DNA of 64,000 nucleotides from Acidobacteriota bacterium (GTDB taxonomy: Bacteria; Acidobacteriota; Vicinamibacteria; Vicinamibacterales; JAHECP01): assembly GCA_024641665.1 (NCBI GenBank), contig JAHECP010000002.1, forward strand, positions 28,775 through 92,774, read 5' to 3'. Under the pieces are notes generated by a model. That model saw only the letters and a list, made by a program, of their open reading frames with translations, was not told where the DNA came from and did not search any database. A program made the translations under genes and the position numbers. Of this stretch, positions 27,705 to 36,328 are shown one piece after another; position 1 is the first letter of the stretch; each line of letters begins with the position of its first letter.

Positions 27705-28868
27705 ATGCCTGAGCATCGCCCCACGGCTGACGGCCTGCTGGCACGCCTCGAGGAGCGGGACCGGGCGCGGCTGCGGATCTACATCGGTGCCGCCCCCGGC
27801 GTGGGCAAGACCTACGAGATGCTCGCAGAGGCGCACATCCTGCGGGCCCGCGGCCTCGACGTCGTCGTGGGCTACGTGGAGACCTATGGACGCCGGGATA
27901 CCGAACGGCAGATCGGCGACCTCGAGATCGTTCCCCGCCGCACGGTCGCGTATCGCGGTGTGACGCTCGAAGAGATGGACGTGGACGCGATCCTCGCCAG
28001 GAAGCCGCACGTGGCGGTCGTCGACGAGCTGGCGCACACCAACGTCCCTGGGAGCCGCCACGCCAGGCGGTACGAGGACGTGCTCGAGCTGCTCGGCGCA
28101 GGCATCCACGTGATGACCGCCGTGAACATCCAGCACCTGGAGACGCTGAACGACGCCGTCGCGCGGGTGACGGGCGTCCGCGTCCGTGAGACCGTCCCCG
28201 ACACGTTCATCGAGCGCGCGGACGAGGTCATCAACGTCGACGCCACCGTCGGGGAGCTGCGGAGTCGCCTGCGGGAAGGCAAGATCTATCGGCCCGAGAA
28301 GGTCGAGCAGGCGCTGGCGAACTTCTTCCGAAAGGGCAACCTCTCGACCCTGCGCGAGCTGGCGCTGCGGGCGGTCGCCGACGAGGTCGGCCAGAAGGCC
28401 GCGAGCTATCGGCAGCGGGAGGGGCTGGAGCCGGCGCTGATTCCCGAGCGCGTGATGGTGTGCATGAGCTCGAACGTCCTCGCACCCCGCGTCATTCGCA
28501 CGGGCGCGAGGATTGCGGGCCGGCTTGGCGCCAGGTGGTACGCCGTCTACGTGGAGACGCCCCAGGAGCGGCCAGGCCGGATCCGACCGGAAGACGACGA
28601 CGCGCTGCGGCAGAACATCGCGCTGGCCGAGAGCCTTGGCGCGACCGTCGTCCGGGTCAAGGCCGACCGCCCCGCCGAGGGCCTGATTGCCTTCGCGCAG
28701 CGCGAAGGGATCACCCACGTCATCTTCGGCCAGAGCGCCCGGTCGCGCTGGGAGCTGCTCTGGCGAGGCTCGACGATCGACAAGTTCCTGCGATCCGTCC
28801 GCGACGCGGCCATCCAGGTCGTGCCCTTCGACCAGCCGTCATCCGCAACAGGCTCGACCGGCGGGTGA
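27705..28868 (+). CDS. kdpD: KdpD N-terminal sensor domain plus Usp-like domain, encoded as a stand-alone protein
   Basis: Track ORF of 387 aa. Blocks: RIYIGAAPGVGKTYEML (Walker A-like), VDELAHTN, NIQHLESL-type NIQHLETLND, then a Usp-like segment ERVMVCMSSN...THVIFG. It has no TM or kinase part. Confidence 0.85.
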   Translation: MPEHRPTADGLLARLEERDRARLRIYIGAAPGVGKTYEMLAEAHILRARGLDVVVGYVETYGRRDTERQIGDLEIVPRRTVAYRGVTLEEMDVDAILARKPHVAVVDELAHTNVPGSRHARRYEDVLELLGAGIHVMTAVNIQHLETLNDAVARVTGVRVRETVPDTFIERADEVINVDATVGELRSRLREGKIYRPEKVEQALANFFRKGNLSTLRELALRAVADEVGQKAASYRQREGLEPALIPERVMVCMSSNVLAPRVIRTGARIAGRLGARWYAVYVETPQERPGRIRPEDDDALRQNIALAESLGATVVRVKADRPAEGLIAFAQREGITHVIFGQSARSRWELLWRGSTIDKFLRSVRDAAIQVVPFDQPSSATGSTGG

Positions 28869-28885
28869 CCGGGCGGCGGGGCGGC

Positions 28886-29116
28886 TCAAGCGCGCGACGG
28901 AACACCCGCCAGTCTCGGCCGCGCGGCGGCCTGCGGCCGGGTACGATGCGCAGTCCCATCCGCGTTCGAGGTCTTGCGGCGGGCAATGAGTTGCCGGAGC
29001 GCCAGCAGGCCCTCGACCGCGTCGTCGATGTCCGCGAGCATTTCATCCGTCGAACCGCGCAAGGCGCGCGCCGGCACGATGTAGTCGTAGTCTCCGACCG
29101 ATCCTGGGCTCTCCAT
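28886..29116 (-). CDS. hypothetical protein (76 aa)
   Basis: Track ORF with GAGAGG upstream of the ATG. N-terminal half MESPGSVGDYDYIVPARALRGSTDEMLADIDDAVEGLLALRQLIARRK looks structured. The C-terminal tail is low-complexity. Confidence 0.4.
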   Translation of the reverse strand: MESPGSVGDYDYIVPARALRGSTDEMLADIDDAVEGLLALRQLIARRKTSNADGTAHRTRPQAAARPRLAGVPSRA

Positions 29117-29226
29117 GATTGCGGCACCTCTCAGGTCAGCGTACGGAGTACGGCCTAAGGGGGCAGGAAAGAGCTCGTAAGAACGCCGTAAAGGACCCGG
29201 AGCGCGGGGTCTATCGCACGCCGCAG

Positions 29227-29300
29227 CTAGTCCTCTCGCAGCGCCACGATCGGATCGACTGCAGTGGCCGTACGAATCGGACGCCAGGCCCCTTCAACGT
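29227..29300 (-). pseudogene. 3'-terminal remnant of an ADOP/FtsX-type permease gene
   Basis: The reverse strand reads ...VEGAWRPIRTATAVDPIVALRED*. This matches the C-terminus of the full-length permease at 44213 (HPIRVATAVDPIIALRQE*). No upstream ORF remains. Confidence 0.5.
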
Positions 29301-29315
29301 AAGCGTCTATCTTGA

Positions 29316-29343
29316 TGGTGCTGGAGGAGGGAGTCGAACACTG
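29316..29343 (-). repeat. degenerate copy of the 3' end of tRNA-Leu(CAA) (possible att remnant)
   Basis: Plus strand here: TGGTGCTGGAGGAGGGAGTCGAACACT. Plus strand at 48656-48682: TGGTGCCGGAGGAGGGAATCGAACCCT. Three mismatches, same orientation. Homology stops inside the T-stem, so this is not a complete tRNA. Confidence 0.5.
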
Positions 29344-29490
29344 CAGTTGAGCGGATTCGCCGAGCGGAGGCGAGCCGGCCTGGGCGACGCTGCAGGTTGG
29401 AACGACATCTTTATTCTATCAGACTCGCGGCACCAGACTGGTTCTTGCGCGCGGCCGCCCGCATAATCGCCTCACGGAACAGGAGGCGCG

Positions 29491-30237
29491 ATGACCTTCG
29501 CGATCAACGGAGTCGATCTCCATTTCGAGGTGACGGGGCGGGGCGAGCCGCTTCTGTGGCTGCACGGCGCGATGGGGTGCGGGACCGACTGGCGCTACGT
29601 TTTCGCGGAGCCCCCCGCCGGTTTCCAGGTGATCGCGCCCGACCTGCGGGGGCATGGCGCGTCGACCAATCCGTCCGGCCAGTTCACCTTCAGGCAGTGC
29701 GCGCTCGACGTGCAGGCCCTGCTCCGGCACCTCGGCCTGCCCAGGGTCAAGGCCATCGGCCTGAGCGGGGGCGGTATCGTTCTGCTGCACCTGGCGACGC
29801 TGGCGCCGGCGGTCGTGGAGTCGATGGTCGTGGTGAGCGCGCCGCCGTCGTTTCTCGAGCAGGCGCGCCGCATCCAGCGCGAGTTCTCAGAGGCCTTCTT
29901 GAGCAACGCCGAGAAGGTGCGCCTCCGGCAGTGTCACGTGGGCGGGGAAACACAGATCGAGGCGCTCGTCGCCATGGTGCGCGCGTTCGCCGACGACTAC
30001 GAGGACGTGAACTTCGACGCAGCGTCGCTCTCGACGATCGCCGCGGAGACCCTGATCGTGTTCGGCGACCGCGACCCGCTCTATCCCGTGTCGCAGGCGT
30101 TCGACCTCCACGCCGCCATTCCGAGGTCGTTCCTGTGGGTCGTCCCCAATGGCGGCCACGGACCGGTCTTCCGGGAGGCGGCCCCGCAGTTCGCGACGAC
30201 GGCGCTGGCGTTCCTGAGGGGGGAGTGGCGCGTCTGA
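29491..30237 (+). CDS. alpha/beta-fold hydrolase
   Basis: Track ORF of 248 aa. Blocks: LLWLHGAMG, APDLRGHGAS, nucleophile elbow GLSGGG, C-terminal NGGHGP. Confidence 0.85.
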   Translation: MTFAINGVDLHFEVTGRGEPLLWLHGAMGCGTDWRYVFAEPPAGFQVIAPDLRGHGASTNPSGQFTFRQCALDVQALLRHLGLPRVKAIGLSGGGIVLLHLATLAPAVVESMVVVSAPPSFLEQARRIQREFSEAFLSNAEKVRLRQCHVGGETQIEALVAMVRAFADDYEDVNFDAASLSTIAAETLIVFGDRDPLYPVSQAFDLHAAIPRSFLWVVPNGGHGPVFREAAPQFATTALAFLRGEWRV

Positions 30238-30270
30238 GGGGGCCCGCCCCGCAGCGGACGCCGGTCCTCC

Positions 30271-30480
30271 TCATTTCCCGCCGAGTGCCCGCGCCGCGCC
30301 GCGGCAGTGCATCAGTAGCTGCCACCGCCCGTCTCGCTTGATCCACACGCTGTTCAAGGCGTTCTGGCTGCGCGCCGCTTGCGGTCCGCACCGATCGACG
30401 TCGCGTCCGAGTCGTAGCTGATCGAGTACGCGTACGGACCCAGGACCAACAGCTCCTGCGCCGGCTGGCGTTCGTTCGCA
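30271..30480 (-). pseudogene. 5'-truncated, frameshifted paralogue of the DUF4440-like gene at 20129-20584
   Basis: The reverse strand gives LVLGPYAYSISYDSDAT and then, after a 1-nt deletion relative to the intact copy, SVWIKRDGRWQLLMHCRGAARALGGK*. The nucleotide similarity to 20150-20310 is obvious by eye. Confidence 0.65.
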
Positions 30481-30488
30481 GCTCGGCG

Positions 30489-30800
30489 GTGGCCCAGGGC
30501 GAGGTCATCGCCCTGCGCAACGAGCGGGACGGGACGAACCTCCAGAGGATGTACTATCCGCGGATTCGCTTTCGATCAGCGTCGGGCGAGGTCGTCACGT
30601 TCGAGTCCGGTGTGGCGCTCAGCGGTACCGGGTGGCAGATCGGGGAGGCGGTTCCGGTGCGGTACCGACTCGATCAGCCGCACGTGGCTGAATGCGACAG
30701 CGTGTGGACCCTGTGGGGTCACATCGTGCTGTTCGTGTTCCTGGCCCTGGTGTTTCTGTGCGTCGGGTTGCTGCTGCTGCTCGGCGTCATCCAACCGTAG
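30489..30800 (+). CDS. DUF3592-like protein, apparently missing the usual N-terminal TM helix
   Basis: Track ORF of 103 aa with a GTG start. Blocks: YYPRIRFRSASGEVVTFES, GEAVPVRYRLDQP, then a C-terminal TM helix. Its start abuts the DUF4440 pseudogene. Confidence 0.55.
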   Translation: MAQGEVIALRNERDGTNLQRMYYPRIRFRSASGEVVTFESGVALSGTGWQIGEAVPVRYRLDQPHVAECDSVWTLWGHIVLFVFLALVFLCVGLLLLLGVIQP

Positions 30801-30871
30801 GGCACGGGCGTTCCGAGGTGTTTCGCCCGGACCAGGCCAGCTGTTTTGGTTCGCGCTTGATCGCCCGCGAA

Positions 30872-31282
30872 CTACTCCTGTCTCAGCGCCACGATCGGAT
30901 CGACCGCGGTGGCAGCACGAATCGGACGGCAGGCCCACGCAATCGGCAGCCAGAGTGCGGCCCCGCGCGGATAGTCGAATTCCGGCTGCATCACGCCCAC
31001 GACCGTGGTCGCCCGCATGCCGCCGCCGTCATCGATCATGGTGGTGCGGCCGATCACGTCCGGGTCGGCGCCGAACCGGCTGCGCCAGGTCGAATCGCTC
31101 AGCACTGCAGCGGCAGGGCCAGACCGGTCATCGTCAGTACTCGTGAACCGTCGGCCGAGCGCCGGCCGGGCGCCCAGCAGCTCGAGGGAGTCTGCTGACA
31201 CCGCTTGCCCCGGCCTCCTTGGAGGTTCCTGCTGTCTCCTGGTGCGTCCGGCAGCCCGGCCGCGGCTGCCGCCGGGGAACAC
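30872..31282 (-). pseudogene. internally deleted ADOP/FtsX permease paralogue (periplasmic-domain fragment joined to the last ~20 codons)
   Basis: Track ORF of 136 aa. GARPALGRRFTSTDDDRSGPAAAVLSDSTWRSRFGADPDVIGRTTMIDDGGGMRATTVVGVMQPEFDYPRGAALWLPIA is joined directly to CRPIRAATAVDPIVALRQE*. It is collinear at nucleotide level with 46055-46325 plus 44213-44275 of the intact gene. The 3' flank (30838-30871) also matches 44178-44212. Confidence 0.75.
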
Positions 31283-31567
31283 GGGCCCCGCTGTTCATCC
31301 CATCGTGTCGAACCGCTCTCGAGCGGCGGTGCAGAGCGGGCGCCAGCGTGAACCCGTGGCCGCTCGAGCCCGACGCGCTCGCCGCCTCCGCGTAGCTGGC
31401 CGGGGTCGCTGCCGTGTCAGGGGCGACCGAGCGCCGCTGATCTCGAAGCGATCCGACCATCAACTCGGCGCCATCCGGATGGGTGTATGACGATACCTAT
31501 CCCAGGCATCTCGATGGCAGGGTCCACGAACCCCGAACCTCACCAACTCCGAAATGCGAGCCGAACC

Positions 31568-34219
31568 ATGACTGAGACGACGTCTTTCCCCGCGCGGCGG
31601 CGCCCGCGCTGGCGTTTGTGCTCACTTGCCCTGCTGGCGGCCGTCGCCATGGCGGGCCTGCTCGTCCGCGGCGTGCGGGCGCAGGCCGGCGGCGTGGCCC
31701 CGAATCCGCTGGCCGCGCTGCACTGGCGCTTCATCGGCCCGATCGGCAACCGTGCCGCGGCGATCGCGGGCGAGCCCGGCAACCCGATGGTCGACTACGT
31801 CGGCGCGGCGTCGGGCGGCATCTGGAAGACTGAGAACGGCGGGGTCGACTGGAAGCCGGTCTTCGATCACGAGGACGTCTCGGCCGTCGGCGCGCTCGCC
31901 GTGTCCGAGTCCGAGGCGAACGTCGTGTGGGCGGGGACGGGGGAGACGTTCCTCATCCGGCCGTTCTATCCGATGGGCGACGGCGTGTACAAGTCGACCG
32001 ACAGCGGCCGCCACTGGGAGCACATGGGGCTCGACGCCACGGGCCACGTCGGCCGCATCGTCATCGATCCCCACGACGCGCAGCGCGTCTTCGTCTGTGC
32101 GCTGGGCCAGCTGTTCAAGGCGCAGCCGGAGCGGGGCGTGTACCGCACGACCGACGGCGGGAAGACCTGGCAGCAGGTGCTGAAGGTCGACGACAACACC
32201 GGCTGCTCCGACCTGGCGATCGATTCGAAGGACCCGGACACGCTGTTGGCCGGGATGTGGCCGCTGCTGATCCACCCCTGGAACCTCGACAGCGGAGGGC
32301 CCACGGGCGGCGTCTACGTGACGCACGACGGCGGGACGACCTGGCACCAGCTGGCCGGGCACGGCCTGCCGGCCGCGGGCCATGCCGTGGGCAAAGTGGC
32401 CGTGGCGATCGCGCCGAGCGACCCGCAGCGCGTGTACGCGCTGGTGCAGGACACGCAGCCGTCGTTCTACCGGTCCGACGACGGCGGCCGCACGTGGACG
32501 CTCGTGAGCCACGACCACCTGATGATGCAGCGCGACTCGTACTACGTCCGCTTCGGCGTGTCGCCGGCCGATCCGGACCGGCTCTACTTCCTGAGCCCGA
32601 ACTACGTGATCTCGCTCGACGCCGGCAAGACCTTCGTCCGGCCGAACACCGACGGCTTCGCGTCGGCCGGCGGCGACAACCACGACATCTGGATCGATCC
32701 GACCGACGCGAACCGGGTGATGGTCGCCAACGACGCCGGCGCGTCGATCAGCCTCGACGGCAGCCGGAGCTTCGAGCACATCCGTCTGCCGATCGCGCAG
32801 GTGTACCACGTCACGACCGACGACCAAGTGCCCTACAACGTCTACGGCAACCTCCAGGACGCCAGCTCGTTCCGCGGCCCGAGCAACAACCTCCAGTCGG
32901 GCGGTTTCGGCGGCGGCATCACCGCGGCCGACTTCGAGGCGGTCGGCGGCTGCGAGAGCGGCTTCGCCACGCCGGACCCGACCAACCCCGACATCGTCTG
33001 GTCGGGCTGCTACGAGGGGGTGATCAGCCGCATTGATCTCCGGGACGGCCAGGCGCGCGACGTCAGCGTGTGGCCCGACGTGGACGATGGCTGGGCGCCG
33101 AAGGACGTGAAGTACCGCTGGCACTGGACGATTCCGATCGAGATCTCGCCGTTCAACCCGAAGCAGGTCTACGTCGGCAGCCAGTACGTGCACGAGACGA
33201 CCGACGGCGGCCAGACGTGGAAGACCATCAGCCCCGATCTGACGCTCAACGACAAGAAGTACCAAGGCAACGCGGGCGGCATCACGTACGACAACCTCTA
33301 TACGTACGACGCGTCGGTGATCTATGCCATCGCCGAGTCGCCCGTGAAGCGGGGCGTCATCTGGGCCGGGACGAACGACGGCCAGGTGAGCCTGACCGAG
33401 GATGGCGGCGGCCACTGGACGGACGTGACGAAGAACATCCCGAACCTGCCGCCGATGGGGACGATCTGGAACATCGAGCCGTCGCCGTTCGACGCGGGCA
33501 CGGCCTACCTCACGGTCAACCTGGAGCAGATGGGCGACTACGACGCCTACGTCTACAAGACCGGCGACTTCGGCCGGTCGTGGCAGCTCATCAGCGGCGG
33601 CGTGCCGCACGGGATGAACAGCTCGGCGCACTGCGTCATCGAGGACCCGGTGCGGAAGGGGATGCTGTACCTCGGCACCGACAACGCCGTCTACGTCTCT
33701 TGGGACGACGGCGGGCACTGGACGGCGATCACCAACAACCTGCCGCCGGCGCCGGTGTACTGGCTGACCGTCCAGGAGCGGTTTGGCGACCTCGTGATCT
33801 CGACCTACGGCCGCGGCGACTACATCCTGGACGATGTGACGGCGCTGCGCAGCGTCGACAAGGCGCAGGCCGCGAACGCGCCGGACCTGTTCACGCCGCG
33901 GGCCGCGTACCGCTTCCGCACGATCAGCGACCGCCGGCTGTCCAAGCCCGGCGCACGCATCGTCGGACAGAACCCGCCGTACGGCGCGGACATCGACTTC
34001 TACCTGCCCGCGGCCGACCCGCACGCCTCGATCGCCATCCTCGGGGCCGACGGGACGGTGATCCGGACGCTGCACGTGGGCGGCCGGCCCGGCCTCAACC
34101 GCGCGTGGTGGGACCTGCGGGCGGAGAACGGGAAGATGCCGCACATGCTGGTGGCGCCGCCCGGGGCGCCCTGGGTGCCGAACGGGCCCGAGGGGTATCA
34201 CATCCTCCCGGCATCATGA
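31568..34219 (+). CDS. secreted BNR/Asp-box repeat (sortilin/VPS10- or GH74-like) beta-propeller protein, N-terminal approx. 880 aa
   Basis: Same frame as track ORF 31487..34219, starting at MTETTSFPARRRPRWRLCSLALLAAVAMAG. It has repeated S/TxDxGxTW boxes (STDSGRHWE, TTDGGKTWQ, THDGGTTWH, SDDGGRTWT, TTDGGQTWK, TEDGGGHWT, WDDGGHWT). Confidence 0.8.
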   Translation: MTETTSFPARRRPRWRLCSLALLAAVAMAGLLVRGVRAQAGGVAPNPLAALHWRFIGPIGNRAAAIAGEPGNPMVDYVGAASGGIWKTENGGVDWKPVFDHEDVSAVGALAVSESEANVVWAGTGETFLIRPFYPMGDGVYKSTDSGRHWEHMGLDATGHVGRIVIDPHDAQRVFVCALGQLFKAQPERGVYRTTDGGKTWQQVLKVDDNTGCSDLAIDSKDPDTLLAGMWPLLIHPWNLDSGGPTGGVYVTHDGGTTWHQLAGHGLPAAGHAVGKVAVAIAPSDPQRVYALVQDTQPSFYRSDDGGRTWTLVSHDHLMMQRDSYYVRFGVSPADPDRLYFLSPNYVISLDAGKTFVRPNTDGFASAGGDNHDIWIDPTDANRVMVANDAGASISLDGSRSFEHIRLPIAQVYHVTTDDQVPYNVYGNLQDASSFRGPSNNLQSGGFGGGITAADFEAVGGCESGFATPDPTNPDIVWSGCYEGVISRIDLRDGQARDVSVWPDVDDGWAPKDVKYRWHWTIPIEISPFNPKQVYVGSQYVHETTDGGQTWKTISPDLTLNDKKYQGNAGGITYDNLYTYDASVIYAIAESPVKRGVIWAGTNDGQVSLTEDGGGHWTDVTKNIPNLPPMGTIWNIEPSPFDAGTAYLTVNLEQMGDYDAYVYKTGDFGRSWQLISGGVPHGMNSSAHCVIEDPVRKGMLYLGTDNAVYVSWDDGGHWTAITNNLPPAPVYWLTVQERFGDLVISTYGRGDYILDDVTALRSVDKAQAANAPDLFTPRAAYRFRTISDRRLSKPGARIVGQNPPYGADIDFYLPAADPHASIAILGADGTVIRTLHVGGRPGLNRAWWDLRAENGKMPHMLVAPPGAPWVPNGPEGYHILPAS

Positions 34220-34806
34220 TTCCGCGGGTCGTGCGCGGGCCGCTGGTCGTGCCCGGCCACTATACCGTGCGTCTGACGGCCGCCGGCCGGACGCTGACCG
34301 CGCCGCTGACGGTGCTGGCCGATCCGCACTCGCTCGGCACGCCGGCGACGCTCGAGGCCGAGCACCAGTTCCAGGCAACGCTGGTCGAGGAGATCGATCG
34401 CGTGTCGGACATGATCGAGCACCTCGAGTGGACGCGGAAGCAGCTCGAGACGATCGTCATGCGCTACGAGCACGACCCCGCGCAGCAGGCGGTCGTGGAG
34501 GCGGCGAAGAAGCTGGAGGATCGGGCGATTGCCGTCGAAGGCCAGCTGATCGACGTCTACCTGACCGACGGCAACGAGGACCTGAACCGACACCCCAGCG
34601 AGCTCTACCAGAAGCTGACGGCGCTCTACGACAAGGACGAGGCCGACGAGGGCCCGACGGCGGCCGATCTGGCCGTCAACACCGACTTCCGGCAGTGGAT
34701 GGACAAGTCCGAGACCGCGCTGCGCCAGTTCGAGCAGACCGACGTGTCGCACTTCAACGACCTGCTGAAGACGCACCACCTCGCGATGACGATCCAGCCG
34801 GCCTGA
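34216..34806 (+). CDS. C-terminal module of the BNR protein family, encoded as a separate ORF (ATGA junction)
   Basis: This is the tail of track ORF 33070..34806: MIPRVVRGPLVVPGHYTVRLTAAGRTLTAPLTVLADPHS...IEHLEWTRKQLE.... As far as I recall, this kind of segment is normally the C-terminus of the same polypeptide. Confidence 0.6.
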   Translation: MIPRVVRGPLVVPGHYTVRLTAAGRTLTAPLTVLADPHSLGTPATLEAEHQFQATLVEEIDRVSDMIEHLEWTRKQLETIVMRYEHDPAQQAVVEAAKKLEDRAIAVEGQLIDVYLTDGNEDLNRHPSELYQKLTALYDKDEADEGPTAADLAVNTDFRQWMDKSETALRQFEQTDVSHFNDLLKTHHLAMTIQPA

Positions 34807-34885
34807 TCGCAGTCAACCTGGTGGCGGAGTTCCTCGACCGTGGCGACGCCGACGAGACGGCGGTGCGTCCGGACGTGCCGGTGGC

Positions 34886-35137
34886 GTGATCATGCCGTCG
34901 AGTGAGCCTGCCAGTCGTGCACGCTGCGCCTACTGCGGACGCTGCTTCGTCCCGATGGCACCCGGGACGCGGCGCTGTCGGCCTTCCTGCGTCCGGGCCG
35001 ACCGGCGCTCGCGTGGGAAGCGTCGGCCGGCGGCCGGGCTCAGACCGCCCGCAGGCGGTAGTCCCCGACCGCCACCGCGATGGCGTGCAGGCCGACGCCG
35101 GCGCCTTCGGTGCGGACCACGTCACCCAGGCAGGTGA
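34886..35137 (+). CDS. possible small zinc-ribbon protein
   Basis: Track ORF of 83 aa: ...RCAYCGRCFVPMAPGTRRCRPSCVRADRRSRGKRR. This is a CxxC...CxxxC followed by a basic tail. The 3' third overlaps the convergent PilZ gene and may not be real. Confidence 0.3.
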   Translation: MIMPSSEPASRARCAYCGRCFVPMAPGTRRCRPSCVRADRRSRGKRRPAAGLRPPAGGSPRPPPRWRAGRRRRLRCGPRHPGR

Positions 35138-35531
35138 CGTCCTCGGCCGGGCCGCCCGGAACGGGGTTGGGGACCTTGAGGATCAGCTCGATGGCCGTGC
35201 GCGGCCGCAGCTTGCGCGGCGCGCGCAGCAGCACCCCCGAGCGGCTGATGTTCTCGGTGACCGCTTCCTGCCAGTCGGCGTCGGCCGCGGCCCGGTAGCG
35301 GACCCGCAGGCCCACCGCGAACCGAGGCGCCCGGGGCTCGCCCGAGGGCCGGAGCTCCTGGACGGGCCTGACGGTCAGGCTGCGGCTGCAGACGATGAAG
35401 GCGAAGGCGTCGATGCCCGGACCCCGCCAGACGTGCCCGCACGTCTGACACGAGAACCACGCCGATTCAGGCGTTGCTTCGAGATGCTGGACGCCGGCGT
35501 GCTGGCCGCAGCGGGGGCACTCTGGGGCCAT
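35040..35531 (-). CDS. Zn-ribbon plus PilZ-like domain protein (putative c-di-GMP receptor)
   Basis: Track ORF of 163 aa. N-terminal CPRCG...CQTCGH. Then PRAPRFAVGLRVRY (a weak RxxxR-type motif) and TENISRSGVLL ((D/N)xSxxG motif). Confidence 0.6.
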   Translation of the reverse strand: MAPECPRCGQHAGVQHLEATPESAWFSCQTCGHVWRGPGIDAFAFIVCSRSLTVRPVQELRPSGEPRAPRFAVGLRVRYRAAADADWQEAVTENISRSGVLLRAPRKLRPRTAIELILKVPNPVPGGPAEDVTCLGDVVRTEGAGVGLHAIAVAVGDYRLRAV

Positions 35532-36100
35532 GGTCGATTCCGTCGGACTGCTACGCGCCGGGTATGTCGTGGGTCGGCGCCAGCGTTTCTCCTATGCAGT
35601 CAGGTCTCTCACGCTGACACAGTCGAGTCAAATCGATGGAGACCACCATGCAAGATCACCGCCGGTTGGCGGCGGACGGGACGTTCGCCCGTAAGACACT
35701 GAAATCGAATCGGTTACAGAACAGGAACCAGTCTCGTTGGTTCGAATCAGATCGGAGCGGCTGCTCCAGAAGAGGACAGCCGGGCGGCCAGGCTCAGGCA
35801 GTCGAGACCCGTTACCTGTACAAGAAGAAACACTTGTAATCGGCTGGGCCGTTTCTGCACAGTATCACGTTTTGAGACACGCGCCGGTCGGCCGGCGACG
35901 ACCTTGCCGGTCTCGCTGTCGAGCATCACGATGAGGTGTGGCAGCCGGCGAACAGGCGGTGGTGCACCAGATCGATCGCGGCGCGAGGGCTGGTGACGGC
36001 AAGAGCACGCGCGACATGTTGCGACACTCACGACAGACTGCGATGACGGGGCCGTCAGAAGTGGATTGACGCAGTGCATTCGCTGTAATACACACCGGCG

Positions 36101-36298
36101 ATGACGCCAACCAGACGGGTGACGACGTTCCGCGTGGATGCGGACCTGCTCGACGCGATGGACGCGCTGCGGGTCCGTGACGGCATTCCGTATTCCGAGC
36201 AGATCCGGCGCGCGCTGCGGCCGTGGCTGGAGCGCAAGGGCGTGCTCCCCACGCGCGCGCGACGGCCCGCGGCCTCGCCGGCGCGCGCCCGCGACTGA
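36101..36298 (+). CDS. ribbon-helix-helix (CopG/antitoxin-like) protein, orphan
   Basis: Track ORF of 65 aa. RVTTFRVDADLLDAMDALRVRDGIPYSEQIRRAL is a typical RHH beta-strand plus two helices. No toxin partner is adjacent. Confidence 0.6.
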   Translation: MTPTRRVTTFRVDADLLDAMDALRVRDGIPYSEQIRRALRPWLERKGVLPTRARRPAASPARARD

Positions 36299-36328
36299 CC
36301 GCCGGGTGCCAGGCTTGCGCAAAAGCGC

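Noticed and set aside
35735-35765. GGTTCGAATC motif suggesting a tRNA T-loop
   Set aside because: The flanking bases cannot form a T-stem (GTTGG vs CAGAT) or an acceptor stem. No cloverleaf can be drawn.
35880-36060. Possible transposase or integrase fragment (minus-strand ...HLIVMLDSETGKVVAGR...)
   Set aside because: This is a single short peptide-like stretch inside an otherwise junk frame. I cannot tie it to any family from sequence alone.
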